A stretch of 64,000 nucleotides of DNA from an uncultured virus (IMG/VR IMGVR_UViG_2687453470_000001) (Duplodnaviria > Heunggongvirae > Uroviricota > Caudoviricetes): IMG/VR virus record IMGVR_UViG_2687453470_000001; one strand, given 5' to 3'. Shown here in pieces: positions 27,587-36,893 of this stretch. Below the pieces are notes generated by a model that saw only the letters and a list, made by a program, of their open reading frames with translations, was not told the origin of the DNA and did no database searches. How positions within the stretch are numbered: the first letter of the stretch is position 1; the number at the start of each line of letters is the position of its first letter. A program made the position numbers and the translations under genes.

Positions 27587-28102
27587 ATGGCTTTAAAAGT
27601 CGGAATTATTAAAAGCTCGGACGTATCAAAATGGTGTGAATACAAGGGGGTTGATGGCGAAGTACAGGCAGAGTTCAAAGTCCGTGGTATCGCTTATAAG
27701 CCTTTTCAGGTAGCTATTGAACGGGCAGGAAACCAGATCTCGTCTAAAGGCTATGATGTGATGGTCAAAGATGAAGATGCCAAGCTTTACCACGAGCTTT
27801 TAATGGATGCATGCGCGGCCCACTTAATCGAAGACTGGAAAGGTGTGGTATTTGCCGAAATCGTAGACGGTAAAACTGTTGAGTCCGAAAAGCCATATAC
27901 ACCTGAGAATGCCTCAAAGCTTCTTAATCTTGGTGATATTGGTATTTCAATCTGGCTATTCATTAAAGAACAGGCCCAGAAGATTCAGGAAGACGCAGAC
28001 AAGGACAAGGCTTTAATTCTGGGAAAGTCATGGAGCTCTACAAATACCAAAAAACGTATGCGTCGAAAACGCCGCACGAAATCGAGCAAATCAAGTTCTT
28101 AG
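27587..28102 (+). CDS. Tail assembly chaperone (gpG-like)
   Basis: Position; slippery GGGAAAG at 28021-28027. Confidence 0.82.
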   Translation: MALKVGIIKSSDVSKWCEYKGVDGEVQAEFKVRGIAYKPFQVAIERAGNQISSKGYDVMVKDEDAKLYHELLMDACAAHLIEDWKGVVFAEIVDGKTVESEKPYTPENASKLLNLGDIGISIWLFIKEQAQKIQEDADKDKALILGKSWSSTNTKKRMRRKRRTKSSKSSS

Positions 28103-28359
28103 GCGGCCGTATTCCGGATCCGCCAGAATATTCGTATGCGGCTGATTCAATTCTTTCGGCATTTAGCACTATATGTCGATCCAGACGTTATGAGCAAAGC
28201 ATACCGTTATCTTTAGATCAGCAGGCTATCAATGTCTATGCTGAGCATAATGATTTGCCAGTGGCTGCTCATATTTTTAATGACTGTATTTTTGCGTTGG
28301 ATAATTTGTTTTTGGAGGAGTGCCATAAGAAGATATCAACCAAAAGCAAAGGTAAGTGA
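28021..28359 (+). CDS. gpT-like extension reached by -1 programmed frameshift
   Basis: G GGA AAG heptamer as in lambda G-T; the -1 frame is open to 28359. Confidence 0.82.
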   Translation, partial: GKVMELYKYQKTYASKTPHEIEQIKFLGGRIPDPPEYSYAADSILSAFSTICRSRRYEQSIPLSLDQQAINVYAEHNDLPVAAHIFNDCIFALDNLFLEECHKKISTKSKGK

Positions 28360-28512
28360 CCAAATTAGGTATTGCCAGGGACTGAAAAGCCTAATTTGGT
28401 CAAAACGTCAAACAATTAAGCAGTTGCTCTTAAACGCGACTCAAAATAACGCAGTCGATGTTACAAAATACTTGATCTGGATTGACAGAAAATTACCTTT
28501 AAGGTGTTGCGC

Positions 28513-28560
28513 GTGATTATCAAATGATGAATAATCACCTTACCGTCAATATTTGACGGT
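28513..28560. promoter_or_regulatory. Palindromic operators upstream of the TA pair
   Basis: GTGATTAT..ATAATCAC (28513-28538) and ACCGTCAA-tat-TTGACGGT (28542-28560). Confidence 0.6.
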
Positions 28561-28589
28561 TCAGCATTCTTTTACTCTTTCCAAGAACC

Positions 28590-28904
28590 TTGGTGTTTGC
28601 TTGTATGTGTTTAACATTAACTGAAGCTAAACAAAAACTTAGAGCATTTGCTAGAGATACTAGCAAAATCAAGTTAACTGCACATGCAAAAGAAAGAATG
28701 AAAGAACGCTGTATCTCTATGAAGCAAATTATTTGCTGTTTTGAGCATGGAGATATTACTGAGGGGCCGTACCCAAATACTCGTGGTGATTGCCAGTTAA
28801 ATGTTTCTGTTCGCACTGCAGGCGAATACATAACAACAGCTGTTGCAATCAAGCAGAGCGAGAACGGTGAATTCTCAGTAGTAGTCACTACATTTAGAGA
28901 GTAG
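28590..28904 (+). CDS. DUF4258-like putative toxin
   Basis: T.HAKERM.ER.I; ends VVVTT; start could be 28605. Confidence 0.75.
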   Translation: MVFACMCLTLTEAKQKLRAFARDTSKIKLTAHAKERMKERCISMKQIICCFEHGDITEGPYPNTRGDCQLNVSVRTAGEYITTAVAIKQSENGEFSVVVTTFRE

Positions 28905-28912
28905 GCTAAATT

Positions 28913-29371
28913 ATGTATCACTATGAAGAATGCGGTCTGAGCAATATTTGGCTGCGCAATGGATTTACAATTGAAAATGATGAAGACTATGGTGAACTCG
29001 TATCTATTGAATCTGTTCATGAGCTTCATAATGCCATTGGGTTGTTCTTAATTACGCAAAAGCCTGACTTGAATGGTGAGGAAATTCGTTTTTTACGTAA
29101 AGAACTAAACTTGTCACAGAAGAATCTTGCTGGGCTTTTAGGAGTCAGTGAGACTAGTATTAGACATTGGGAAGCTGATCGCGGTTTAATTGGTAAACCT
29201 ACTGAGCTATTACTTCGTGCATTATATAAAGAGCATGTTCAAGGTGATGGCAAACTAAGAAGTATGATTGAGTCATTAAATCATCAGGAACGAACTTTAG
29301 TACCAAGTGAAATTAGTTTTTCATATGGAAATAACCATTCATGGCATCAAACCAATTGTGAAATAGCTTAG
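28913..29371 (+). CDS. HTH (XRE/MqsA-like) antitoxin
   Basis: YHY.ECGL.NIWL.NG N-terminus; EIRFLRK.L.LSQ..LA.LLGV....IR.WE. Confidence 0.8.
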   Translation: MYHYEECGLSNIWLRNGFTIENDEDYGELVSIESVHELHNAIGLFLITQKPDLNGEEIRFLRKELNLSQKNLAGLLGVSETSIRHWEADRGLIGKPTELLLRALYKEHVQGDGKLRSMIESLNHQERTLVPSEISFSYGNNHSWHQTNCEIA

Positions 29372-29388
29372 TTAGTTTTATTTGATAG

Positions 29389-29410
29389 AAACCACCTTCG
29401 GGTGGTTTTC
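29389..29410 (+). terminator. Intrinsic terminator closing the TA moron
   Basis: aaaccacc-ttcg-ggtggtttt. Confidence 0.8.
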
Positions 29411-29475
29411 CTTTATGTGACATTTAGTAACCAGTTTGTTAAAGTTAGTACACTTTATAACAAACGGTGAAATTC

Positions 29476-30156
29476 ATGAAAAAAATATTGGCTGCGGGTT
29501 TAATTGGTCTTGGGTTGGTGGGGTGCGCTACTCCAGCCTATAATTATCAAGCTATACCTAAAAATATAAGCAAACCGCCAATTGGATCAGTTAATAAAGC
29601 ATTTGTAGGGGATCAAATGCTTGAACAGGGAATGGTGGTTGATCGTGAAGTTCTAAACGTCCCTGAAAATATTAAAATTAGTTTTGCTTATTCACTTACT
29701 TCAGGCATTTACTTAAAAACAGGCAAAAATGAAAAAGGGCAATATTTTCAGCCATTCAACACTGTCAGTGGTGGGGGGATGGTTCAGAAAAACCCTTTAG
29801 CTGACCCATTTAAAGTAGTTATGTTAGATACTGAAGGTAAGCTCTGTGTAGTAACAGTATTTAATGCAAAAAACTGTACTGATAAACATCAAGCTACTAT
29901 GAAGACAGTAGCAATTGCATCAGATAATTCCTTCCAACAAACATTAATTTATAGTGGAAAATTTGGAAATAAAATTAATGTCGGGTACCGTGAATTCTCA
30001 AGTAATCAAGCACGTCCTGCATTCAATAATGATGTTGAATATGATTTAAGCCAATCTAAGCAAATAGGTTATAAAGGTGCTTTATTGGAAGTAATTGATG
30101 CCACTAATCAAGATATTACTTACAAAGTTTTGAAGAACTTTAACAAGGTAGATTAA
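29476..30156 (+). CDS. Lipoprotein (moron)
   Basis: MKK + hydrophobic stretch + LVGC lipobox. Confidence 0.8.
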   Translation: MKKILAAGLIGLGLVGCATPAYNYQAIPKNISKPPIGSVNKAFVGDQMLEQGMVVDREVLNVPENIKISFAYSLTSGIYLKTGKNEKGQYFQPFNTVSGGGMVQKNPLADPFKVVMLDTEGKLCVVTVFNAKNCTDKHQATMKTVAIASDNSFQQTLIYSGKFGNKINVGYREFSSNQARPAFNNDVEYDLSQSKQIGYKGALLEVIDATNQDITYKVLKNFNKVD

Positions 30157-30157
30157 G

Positions 30158-30421
30158 ATGAGTGCACCACAATATAAACCAATGAGAGAAAGTGAAGTTT
30201 GTAATGCTATCGGGTGGGTGTTAATAGCTCTTGGCTTTATCGCAGGTTTTTTATTTATTCTTGCATTTGGTCGAATTGAAGTAGCTTCTTACTATGGTAA
30301 AGAAACGGTTTGGTCTGGAGTTATGATAGCAACAGGAATCGGAATTATATTTAATGGATTCCTTGCAGGCTACTTATTTCAAAAAGTAGCTAGTATTCTT
30401 CGTTACCATGAGAATAAATAA
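30158..30421 (+). CDS. Two-TM membrane protein (moron)
   Basis: Two hydrophobic helices. Confidence 0.75.
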   Translation: MSAPQYKPMRESEVCNAIGWVLIALGFIAGFLFILAFGRIEVASYYGKETVWSGVMIATGIGIIFNGFLAGYLFQKVASILRYHENK

Positions 30422-30548
30422 TATCTTGCATAAGCACCCTAGGATGCTTTTTAAAATTGGTTTAACTACCCTGCTTGGTAATTATATTTAACTTAAAAAG
30501 AACTACCCACTCATTGAGTGGGTTTTTTATTGCCTAGAGGAAAGTAAA

Positions 30549-33500
30549 ATGGCACAAGAATCCCGTTTGGTCATTGTTATTGATTCGCAAAATGCTGAAC
30601 GTAATGCGCGTAATCTAGGCAATGAGCTCAATAGCATTGAGCGTAAAGGTGAATTTGCATCTAAGTCTATGGACAGCTTGTCTGTAGCCACCAGAGCTTT
30701 AGCTGGACACATGGCTGGTTTATTAACAGTAGGTTCAGCCATTTCAAAGATGGATACATATACTGGATTACAAAATCGCCTTAAGTTAGTCACTAACAAT
30801 CAAGTTGAACTAAATAAAGCAACGGAAGACACTTTCCGAATTGCTCAAAAAACCTATTCAGCATGGGATTCTGTTCTACAGGTCTACCAGCGTTTTAGTG
30901 ATAATGCCAAAACTTTAAACCTCACAATGGATGACACTGCTCGACTAACTGAAACAGTTTCTAAAGCTGTAGCAATTAGTGGTGCAAGTGCAGAAGCAGC
31001 TGATGCAGCTTTAGTACAATTCGGGCAGGCTTTGGCAAGCGGTACATTACGTGGTGAAGAACTCAACTCAGTTATGGAACAAACACCAGCTCTAGCAAAG
31101 GCTATTGCTCAAGGCATGGGGATCACCGTAGGAGAGTTGCGTTCAGTAGCAGCTGAAGGAAAAATTACTTCACAAGAAATTGTAAAAGCGCTTAGAAATG
31201 TAGAATCTGATGTTGATGCTCTTTTTGCTAAAACAGATATCACAATCGGGCAGTCTCTCACACTCCTAAACAACGAGATCACAAAATTTGTTGGCGAAGC
31301 AGGTAAGGGAAGTGGTGCGGCACAGGTATTAGCTGGATCAGTTCAAACTCTTGCAAGTAATTTAGATTTAATTGCTGATGGGGCTTTAGTAGTTGGTATT
31401 GGATATATCACTCGTGCAATTTTGATGAAGAGCGCTGCTATTAAAGAGGGAATGGCTTCAACTTTAGCGAGCCGCCAAGCATCTGTATTAAATGCTCAAG
31501 CAGAATATGCAGAAGCTACCGCTGCTTTGAATGCAGCAAAAGCTCATCTCGCGAATGTGCGAGCAACAAATGCAGAAACCCAAGCTAAATTTGGCGCAAC
31601 AGCGGCAGCAACTCGATACGCACAAGCACAGGCAGCAGTAACTGCTGCTACAAATGCACAAACAGCAGCTCAAATTAAGCTAAATACTGCAACTTCAATT
31701 GCAGGGAGACTAGCTAAAGGGGCGTTTGGATTAATTGGTGGGTGGGCTGGAGTTGCAACATTAGGAGTAATGGGATTAGCGGCAGCCTATTCTTATTTTA
31801 ATAATAAGGCAGAGGAGGCAAAGCAAAAGCTTGCTGAACAAGCTAAAGTTGCTGAGAAAGCTGATGAGGAGTTAAAAAAATTAACTGGCAATGATAAGGC
31901 TAAAGCAGTTAATGATTTAACTACTGCTTTTAATGCACAAAATAAAGCATTAGAGAAATCATCGCGTGCTGTAGGGTCTGCATTAATTGATATCGAGAAC
32001 TATGCACGAGGAAATAGGGAGGTTGAAAAAATTTCCCAAGAAGCGAGAACTGGAACTATCAGCTATACAGAAGCCATTGAACGTCTAAATAAAATTAAGT
32101 TGCCTACAGATCTATATGAAAATCTGAAAAAACAGGCTGCGCAGTATGATGACAATGCATCTAAAGCAAGTTTATCAGCTGAGAAACTTAAATTATTAAG
32201 AGTTGAAGTGAAACTTGGAGGTAATGAAGCACAAAATGCGGCAATTCAGCATCAAAAACAAGCGGATGCTTTAGGAAATACTGCTACTGAAGCAGAAAAG
32301 GCAACTAAGGCTTTGCAAGATTATCAAGCCAAGCAAAAAGATAGCGTTATTGATTCAATCTATAAATCAGGTTGGCTTGATAAAGGTTACACTGTTGCTC
32401 AAGCTAATGCCATTTTAGAACTGCAAAAAGCTAAAGGAATGAGTGCAATTTTGTCTAAAGATGAAATTGATAGCGCACTTAGAAATCTCAAGATCATCGA
32501 AGAACAACAGGAGCGAGAAGATAAATTAACTGAAGCTAAAAGAAAGCAGACGCAGGAAATTGAAAAACAAGCAAAACTTACTAAACGCTTGGTCGGTATT
32601 TCCGGTCAATCCGGTATTGGTACTGGTCCACATCTTGACGTCCGATATGGTGGCTCATTGTCAGGTCAGAAAGTTTCTAATGAACATCTGGCTCGATTAC
32701 AGGCGGGAGGAAAACCTTTAACTTCCTACAAGATCAGTTCTAATTATGGTCCACGAAAAGCCCCAACTAAAGGGGCTTCTTCATTTCATAAAGGTATTGA
32801 TTTTTCAATGCCTGAAGGAACACCAATCACGACCAATGTTGCTGTGAAAGATATCAAGACATGGTATGACAGCAAGGGAGGTGGTTATGTCAGTGAAGTG
32901 ATCTTTGAGGATGGAGTGTCTCTTAAGCTTCTACATCAATCTCCCAAGATGCAGAGCAAGGTGAAAGGTGGTGCAAGTAAAGGAAGTGATAAAGCAGCTG
33001 GTGATATTCAATCTCAACTTGAACGTCAACAGGATTTGCAACGGTCACTTGAAAATGAGGTGGCTAGTGAAGTCGGACGGATTAACAATAATAGAAAGGC
33101 AAGACTGGAGGATGTTGATAAAGCAAACTTTAGCCCGGAACGTACTGCAGAAATAAAGGCGGAAATAAATCGTCGTGCAGATAATGATATTGCTATAGCC
33201 AAACAAGCCCTTAGAACGAAATTGGAAGACTATAAGGAGTTCCAGAAAACCGAGGAACAGTTACTAGAAGAGTCCTTTAACCGTAAAAAGTTCAATGCAG
33301 CTCATGACCTTGAATTAAGTAAGTTTGAGCAGAAGCAAGCTGTTGAATTGCTGGAACAGCAAAAACAGCAAGAGTTAGGGTTATTAAAACTAGCTCAGGA
33401 ACAGCGGTTGTTTCAAGCCCGTTTATCTCTGCTTTCTGAAACGCAAGCCATGCAGGAACGTTACAGACTCGAACGGGAGGAAATTCTTAAGAATACCAAG

Positions 33501-34859
33501 CTTTCTATAGAAGAGCGGCAAAAGCTAATCGCATTATCTAAAGCCAATCAGGATAAAGAGACACGCGATAAAGTGAATAATGCTGTTCAAAACTGGGGTG
33601 GTATCCAAGCGGATATGAATGGTACCGGAGAATTTTTCAGACAGGATCAGGAACGATTTAGCCGTTTAAATGCTGCAAATGATTTAGCAGATAGTCAATT
33701 TGCTGCTACTGATCTTGATGAAAAAAATGGTTTAGATGTTCTAAATGCACACATGGAAGCAGGACTCATCAAGCAACAGGACTTCGAAAACCGGAAAACA
33801 GCTATCATTCAAGCTGCTCAGGACCAACGCAATCAGATCGCTGCCGAATATGCTCAGAATGCTCAGGATATTGAAGATAAGTATCACCAAGATCGATTGA
33901 ATGCTCAAATTGCTCTTGGTGGCCAAATGATGGGTTCACTCACATCGATGTTTGGTTCAATGTTTGGCGAGCAATCAAAAGCATACAAGATCATGTTTGC
34001 TGCTGATAAAGCTTATGCCATTGCAGCTGCAGGTATTTCTATTCAGCAAAGTATTGCAAAGGCGGCTAGTGTTGGTTTTCCAGCAAATATCCCATTAATT
34101 GCAAGTGCTATTGCACAAGGTGCAAGCATCATTGCAAACATCCGGGCAATTAAAGATCAAGGCTTTGCTGACGGTGGTTACACTGGATCAGGTGGGAAAT
34201 ATCAGCCTGCTGGTATTGTCCATAAAGGAGAGGTGGTCTGGTCCCAAGAAGATATTAAACGCTGGGGCGGTGTTGGCTTAGTCGAGAAAATGCGTAAGAG
34301 TGCAAACCCTGAAGCTTTTCTCAATAACAATGCCTTGGCAGATAGTGTCATGCGCCGTGCAATGATGAGCTCTAGTGCCTTTATAGAAAGCCAAAAGCAG
34401 GCTGACATCTTTAATCAACCGGTTCAAGATACTCAGATTATCTATAAGGGTAATAGAGACACACCTAAATTAGCTTCTTCTGGAAATTTAGACTTATTCC
34501 ATGATGGCAAGGTCTACTTCTCATCCAATGGTTTAGTTCAGGATCGTTCAAATCTGGATGATGTTCAGGACTTTACTTTAGGAAGTACTTCACGCCCTCA
34601 AGCTGAGATGATGCCTTCAATTGAGCCAGCTTCACCGACAATCAATTTCAAAATTGAAGTGATTAATCAGGTGAGTGGGGCGACAGTTGAAGCCGAACAA
34701 CTGGACGAGCAAACAGTCCGGATCATTGTTAAAGATGAACTGGATAAGCAGCTTCCAAGAACGGTACCTAAGCTTGTAAGTGATCAAATCGCAAATCCAA
34801 ACTCAACCATTAGTCGGTCTTTGACTGAGAATACGACAGCGAGAAGAAATCGTACTTAA
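30549..34859 (+). CDS. Tape measure protein with embedded M23-like domain
   Basis: QFGQALASG.LRGEE.NSV.EQ.P.LA; lambda H-like FADGGYTG.GGKY.PAGIVHKGE; 1436 aa. Confidence 0.95.
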   Translation: MAQESRLVIVIDSQNAERNARNLGNELNSIERKGEFASKSMDSLSVATRALAGHMAGLLTVGSAISKMDTYTGLQNRLKLVTNNQVELNKATEDTFRIAQKTYSAWDSVLQVYQRFSDNAKTLNLTMDDTARLTETVSKAVAISGASAEAADAALVQFGQALASGTLRGEELNSVMEQTPALAKAIAQGMGITVGELRSVAAEGKITSQEIVKALRNVESDVDALFAKTDITIGQSLTLLNNEITKFVGEAGKGSGAAQVLAGSVQTLASNLDLIADGALVVGIGYITRAILMKSAAIKEGMASTLASRQASVLNAQAEYAEATAALNAAKAHLANVRATNAETQAKFGATAAATRYAQAQAAVTAATNAQTAAQIKLNTATSIAGRLAKGAFGLIGGWAGVATLGVMGLAAAYSYFNNKAEEAKQKLAEQAKVAEKADEELKKLTGNDKAKAVNDLTTAFNAQNKALEKSSRAVGSALIDIENYARGNREVEKISQEARTGTISYTEAIERLNKIKLPTDLYENLKKQAAQYDDNASKASLSAEKLKLLRVEVKLGGNEAQNAAIQHQKQADALGNTATEAEKATKALQDYQAKQKDSVIDSIYKSGWLDKGYTVAQANAILELQKAKGMSAILSKDEIDSALRNLKIIEEQQEREDKLTEAKRKQTQEIEKQAKLTKRLVGISGQSGIGTGPHLDVRYGGSLSGQKVSNEHLARLQAGGKPLTSYKISSNYGPRKAPTKGASSFHKGIDFSMPEGTPITTNVAVKDIKTWYDSKGGGYVSEVIFEDGVSLKLLHQSPKMQSKVKGGASKGSDKAAGDIQSQLERQQDLQRSLENEVASEVGRINNNRKARLEDVDKANFSPERTAEIKAEINRRADNDIAIAKQALRTKLEDYKEFQKTEEQLLEESFNRKKFNAAHDLELSKFEQKQAVELLEQQKQQELGLLKLAQEQRLFQARLSLLSETQAMQERYRLEREEILKNTKLSIEERQKLIALSKANQDKETRDKVNNAVQNWGGIQADMNGTGEFFRQDQERFSRLNAANDLADSQFAATDLDEKNGLDVLNAHMEAGLIKQQDFENRKTAIIQAAQDQRNQIAAEYAQNAQDIEDKYHQDRLNAQIALGGQMMGSLTSMFGSMFGEQSKAYKIMFAADKAYAIAAAGISIQQSIAKAASVGFPANIPLIASAIAQGASIIANIRAIKDQGFADGGYTGSGGKYQPAGIVHKGEVVWSQEDIKRWGGVGLVEKMRKSANPEAFLNNNALADSVMRRAMMSSSAFIESQKQADIFNQPVQDTQIIYKGNRDTPKLASSGNLDLFHDGKVYFSSNGLVQDRSNLDDVQDFTLGSTSRPQAEMMPSIEPASPTINFKIEVINQVSGATVEAEQLDEQTVRIIVKDELDKQLPRTVPKLVSDQIANPNSTISRSLTENTTARRNRT

Positions 34860-34949
34860 TAATTTGAACCCTTTTCGGAGGGTTCATTTTCATAATATTT
34901 AAATTTCAAGGTGATAGAGTCTGTTGGCATTAAAATTGATGGTTAAGAC

Positions 34950-35537
34950 ATGAAAAAAATAATTGTAATTTCTACAACACTTTTAGGCCTTACGGGATGT
35001 GCCATTCCTGCGGTAAATAATCTCGTAAGATCCACAAATATGTATCAGGATGATGTTTCGGGAAATACTGCAAATTTAAGGGTTTATAGAAGTAATATTC
35101 CCATGGTGCAGTTCTATATTACTTATCAAAATAATGAGGGTGAAAAAATTTCAAAAAACCTAATAACTAAGCAGATTTCAAATAATTTAACAAAGTATGG
35201 CTCTATGCATGAGCCCAAAAAATTAAATATGCCTAAACCCACAATCAGTTTAAATAATGGTGAAGAGTTTTTTGAGTTTAAAGTACCCGCAAATAAGAAG
35301 TTAACTTTCAGGCTTACTTCTGTTATTGGGTCAACTACTATGTATAGTTGTGATGTAAAAATGGACTATCAGTTGGAAAGAAATGGAAATTATGAATTGA
35401 TCCGTTTAAAACAGATCAAAGATTTTGTGAATCCAGCTTTACTGACTGAACCATCTCAAGATGAAGCCTACTGCAAGTTTGTAGTAAAAGAGATTTTTGA
35501 AGATGGTAAAGAAACTATTATTAAATCGATTTCTTAA
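34950..35537 (+). CDS. Lipoprotein (moron)
   Basis: MKK + LTGC lipobox; AT-rich; hairpins on both sides. Confidence 0.78.
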   Translation: MKKIIVISTTLLGLTGCAIPAVNNLVRSTNMYQDDVSGNTANLRVYRSNIPMVQFYITYQNNEGEKISKNLITKQISNNLTKYGSMHEPKKLNMPKPTISLNNGEEFFEFKVPANKKLTFRLTSVIGSTTMYSCDVKMDYQLERNGNYELIRLKQIKDFVNPALLTEPSQDEAYCKFVVKEIFEDGKETIIKSIS

Positions 35538-35629
35538 TGTTAAATCGTTTTTGTAATTAATTTAAATATCTAAACCTTATTTCATCAAACCACCTTTCGG
35601 GGTGGTTTTTTATTACCTGAAGGAAAGTT

Positions 35630-36028
35630 ATGTACAAGTTAAAGCTAAATCCTCAGACCAGCGGCTATGGCGTAACACCGGGTGATGATGTGAAACGTCA
35701 GCAGATGGATGGCGGTCGTGGTCGCTATTACATCGATGTGAAACGTAACAGCCACATTGTTGATGTGAACTGGAACTTAAGTAAAACCGATTTCAATAAA
35801 ATGATGGCTTTCTGGCGGGTCTACCAGAACAAACCAGCCTCATTTTATGCGGATTTGGTGATTGATCAGGGAACACGTCAGCAATATCTATGCAATTTCA
35901 TTCCAAACTCGTTCAAGACCAATGAAGTCAACGGCAACTTATATCGTGTGAACGCGCAGCTCGAAGTTGTTCAAAACCAGCCTAACCTGAATGCCGATAT
36001 AGCATTAATTAAAGATTGGGAGGTCTAA
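35630..36028 (+). CDS. Minor tail (distal tail-like) protein
   Basis: Position after the tape measure. Confidence 0.7.
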   Translation: MYKLKLNPQTSGYGVTPGDDVKRQQMDGGRGRYYIDVKRNSHIVDVNWNLSKTDFNKMMAFWRVYQNKPASFYADLVIDQGTRQQYLCNFIPNSFKTNEVNGNLYRVNAQLEVVQNQPNLNADIALIKDWEV

Positions 36029-36534
36029 TGGATAACGAATATGCCAAGTTCTTTTTCAATCGGAAAGTTGATGTCTATCAACTGGAGTGTATTGAGCTAT
36101 CACATCCTTCTTTTATGAATACTTATCGGGTAGTCCGTAATGATGACCGAGGTGTCTATGTACAACATAAGGAAGGATCCGGTCAGGTCTATTATGAGTT
36201 CTTGCCAGTCTCTATACAAAGATCCGGAATGCTTGGTGATCTGGACCAGACATTAACCGTTTCTATCTCTGGTCTAGGTGATGTGATGCCTGATGAGTTT
36301 GAACGGGTAATCGAAGGGCAATATCCAGATGTAAAGCCAACCGTAAATTACCGGATTTACAGTTCAGACAATCTGAACTCTCCAATGTTTTATTTACTTG
36401 GACTGCAACTCTCAAGTGTCGCCATGAACCATAAAGCTGTGACATTCAAGGCTGAATCACCACGATTAAATACCACTAAAACTGGGGACATTTTTGCACT
36501 GGATCGCTTTAGTGGTTTGAAGGGGGCTATATGA
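36028..36534 (+). CDS. Minor tail protein (DUF1833-like)
   Basis: IELSHPSF...VRND motif. Confidence 0.75.
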   Translation: MDNEYAKFFFNRKVDVYQLECIELSHPSFMNTYRVVRNDDRGVYVQHKEGSGQVYYEFLPVSIQRSGMLGDLDQTLTVSISGLGDVMPDEFERVIEGQYPDVKPTVNYRIYSSDNLNSPMFYLLGLQLSSVAMNHKAVTFKAESPRLNTTKTGDIFALDRFSGLKGAI

Positions 36535-36893
36535 AAAGTCATGATCATTTGCTCGATAGGCAATATGACGAGGATCACTACAACTGTGTTCACTTTGTTC
36601 ATGAAGCTGCAATGGACCTATATGGCATAGATCGGGCTGAAGCGCTTGAACTCTTTATGCAGCCTAAGGGCAAAATTACTTTTTTATCTTCACGGTTAAA
36701 ACTTTTAAATCCGCTACCCATGCCCAAGGAAGGCTGCATAGTCGCCTTCCATCCGAGACAAAGAAATAAGCCCCCGCATGTGGGGCTTTTTCGTGGGCAA
36801 AAGATTCTTCACCTCATGGAAAGCGGAGTCACTTATTTGCCTGAAGAGGTTGTGATGGAAATGGGGTTTAATCGGGTCAGTTATTATGATTAA
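36531..36893 (+). CDS. NlpC/P60-like tail assembly protein
   Basis: YNC.HFV...HVG.F....ILH. Confidence 0.75.
   Translation: MKSHDHLLDRQYDEDHYNCVHFVHEAAMDLYGIDRAEALELFMQPKGKITFLSSRLKLLNPLPMPKEGCIVAFHPRQRNKPPHVGLFRGQKILHLMESGVTYLPEEVVMEMGFNRVSYYD

Noticed and set aside
28535..29029. 164 aa antisense ORF
   Set aside because: Shadow of the TA pair; no recognisable motifs
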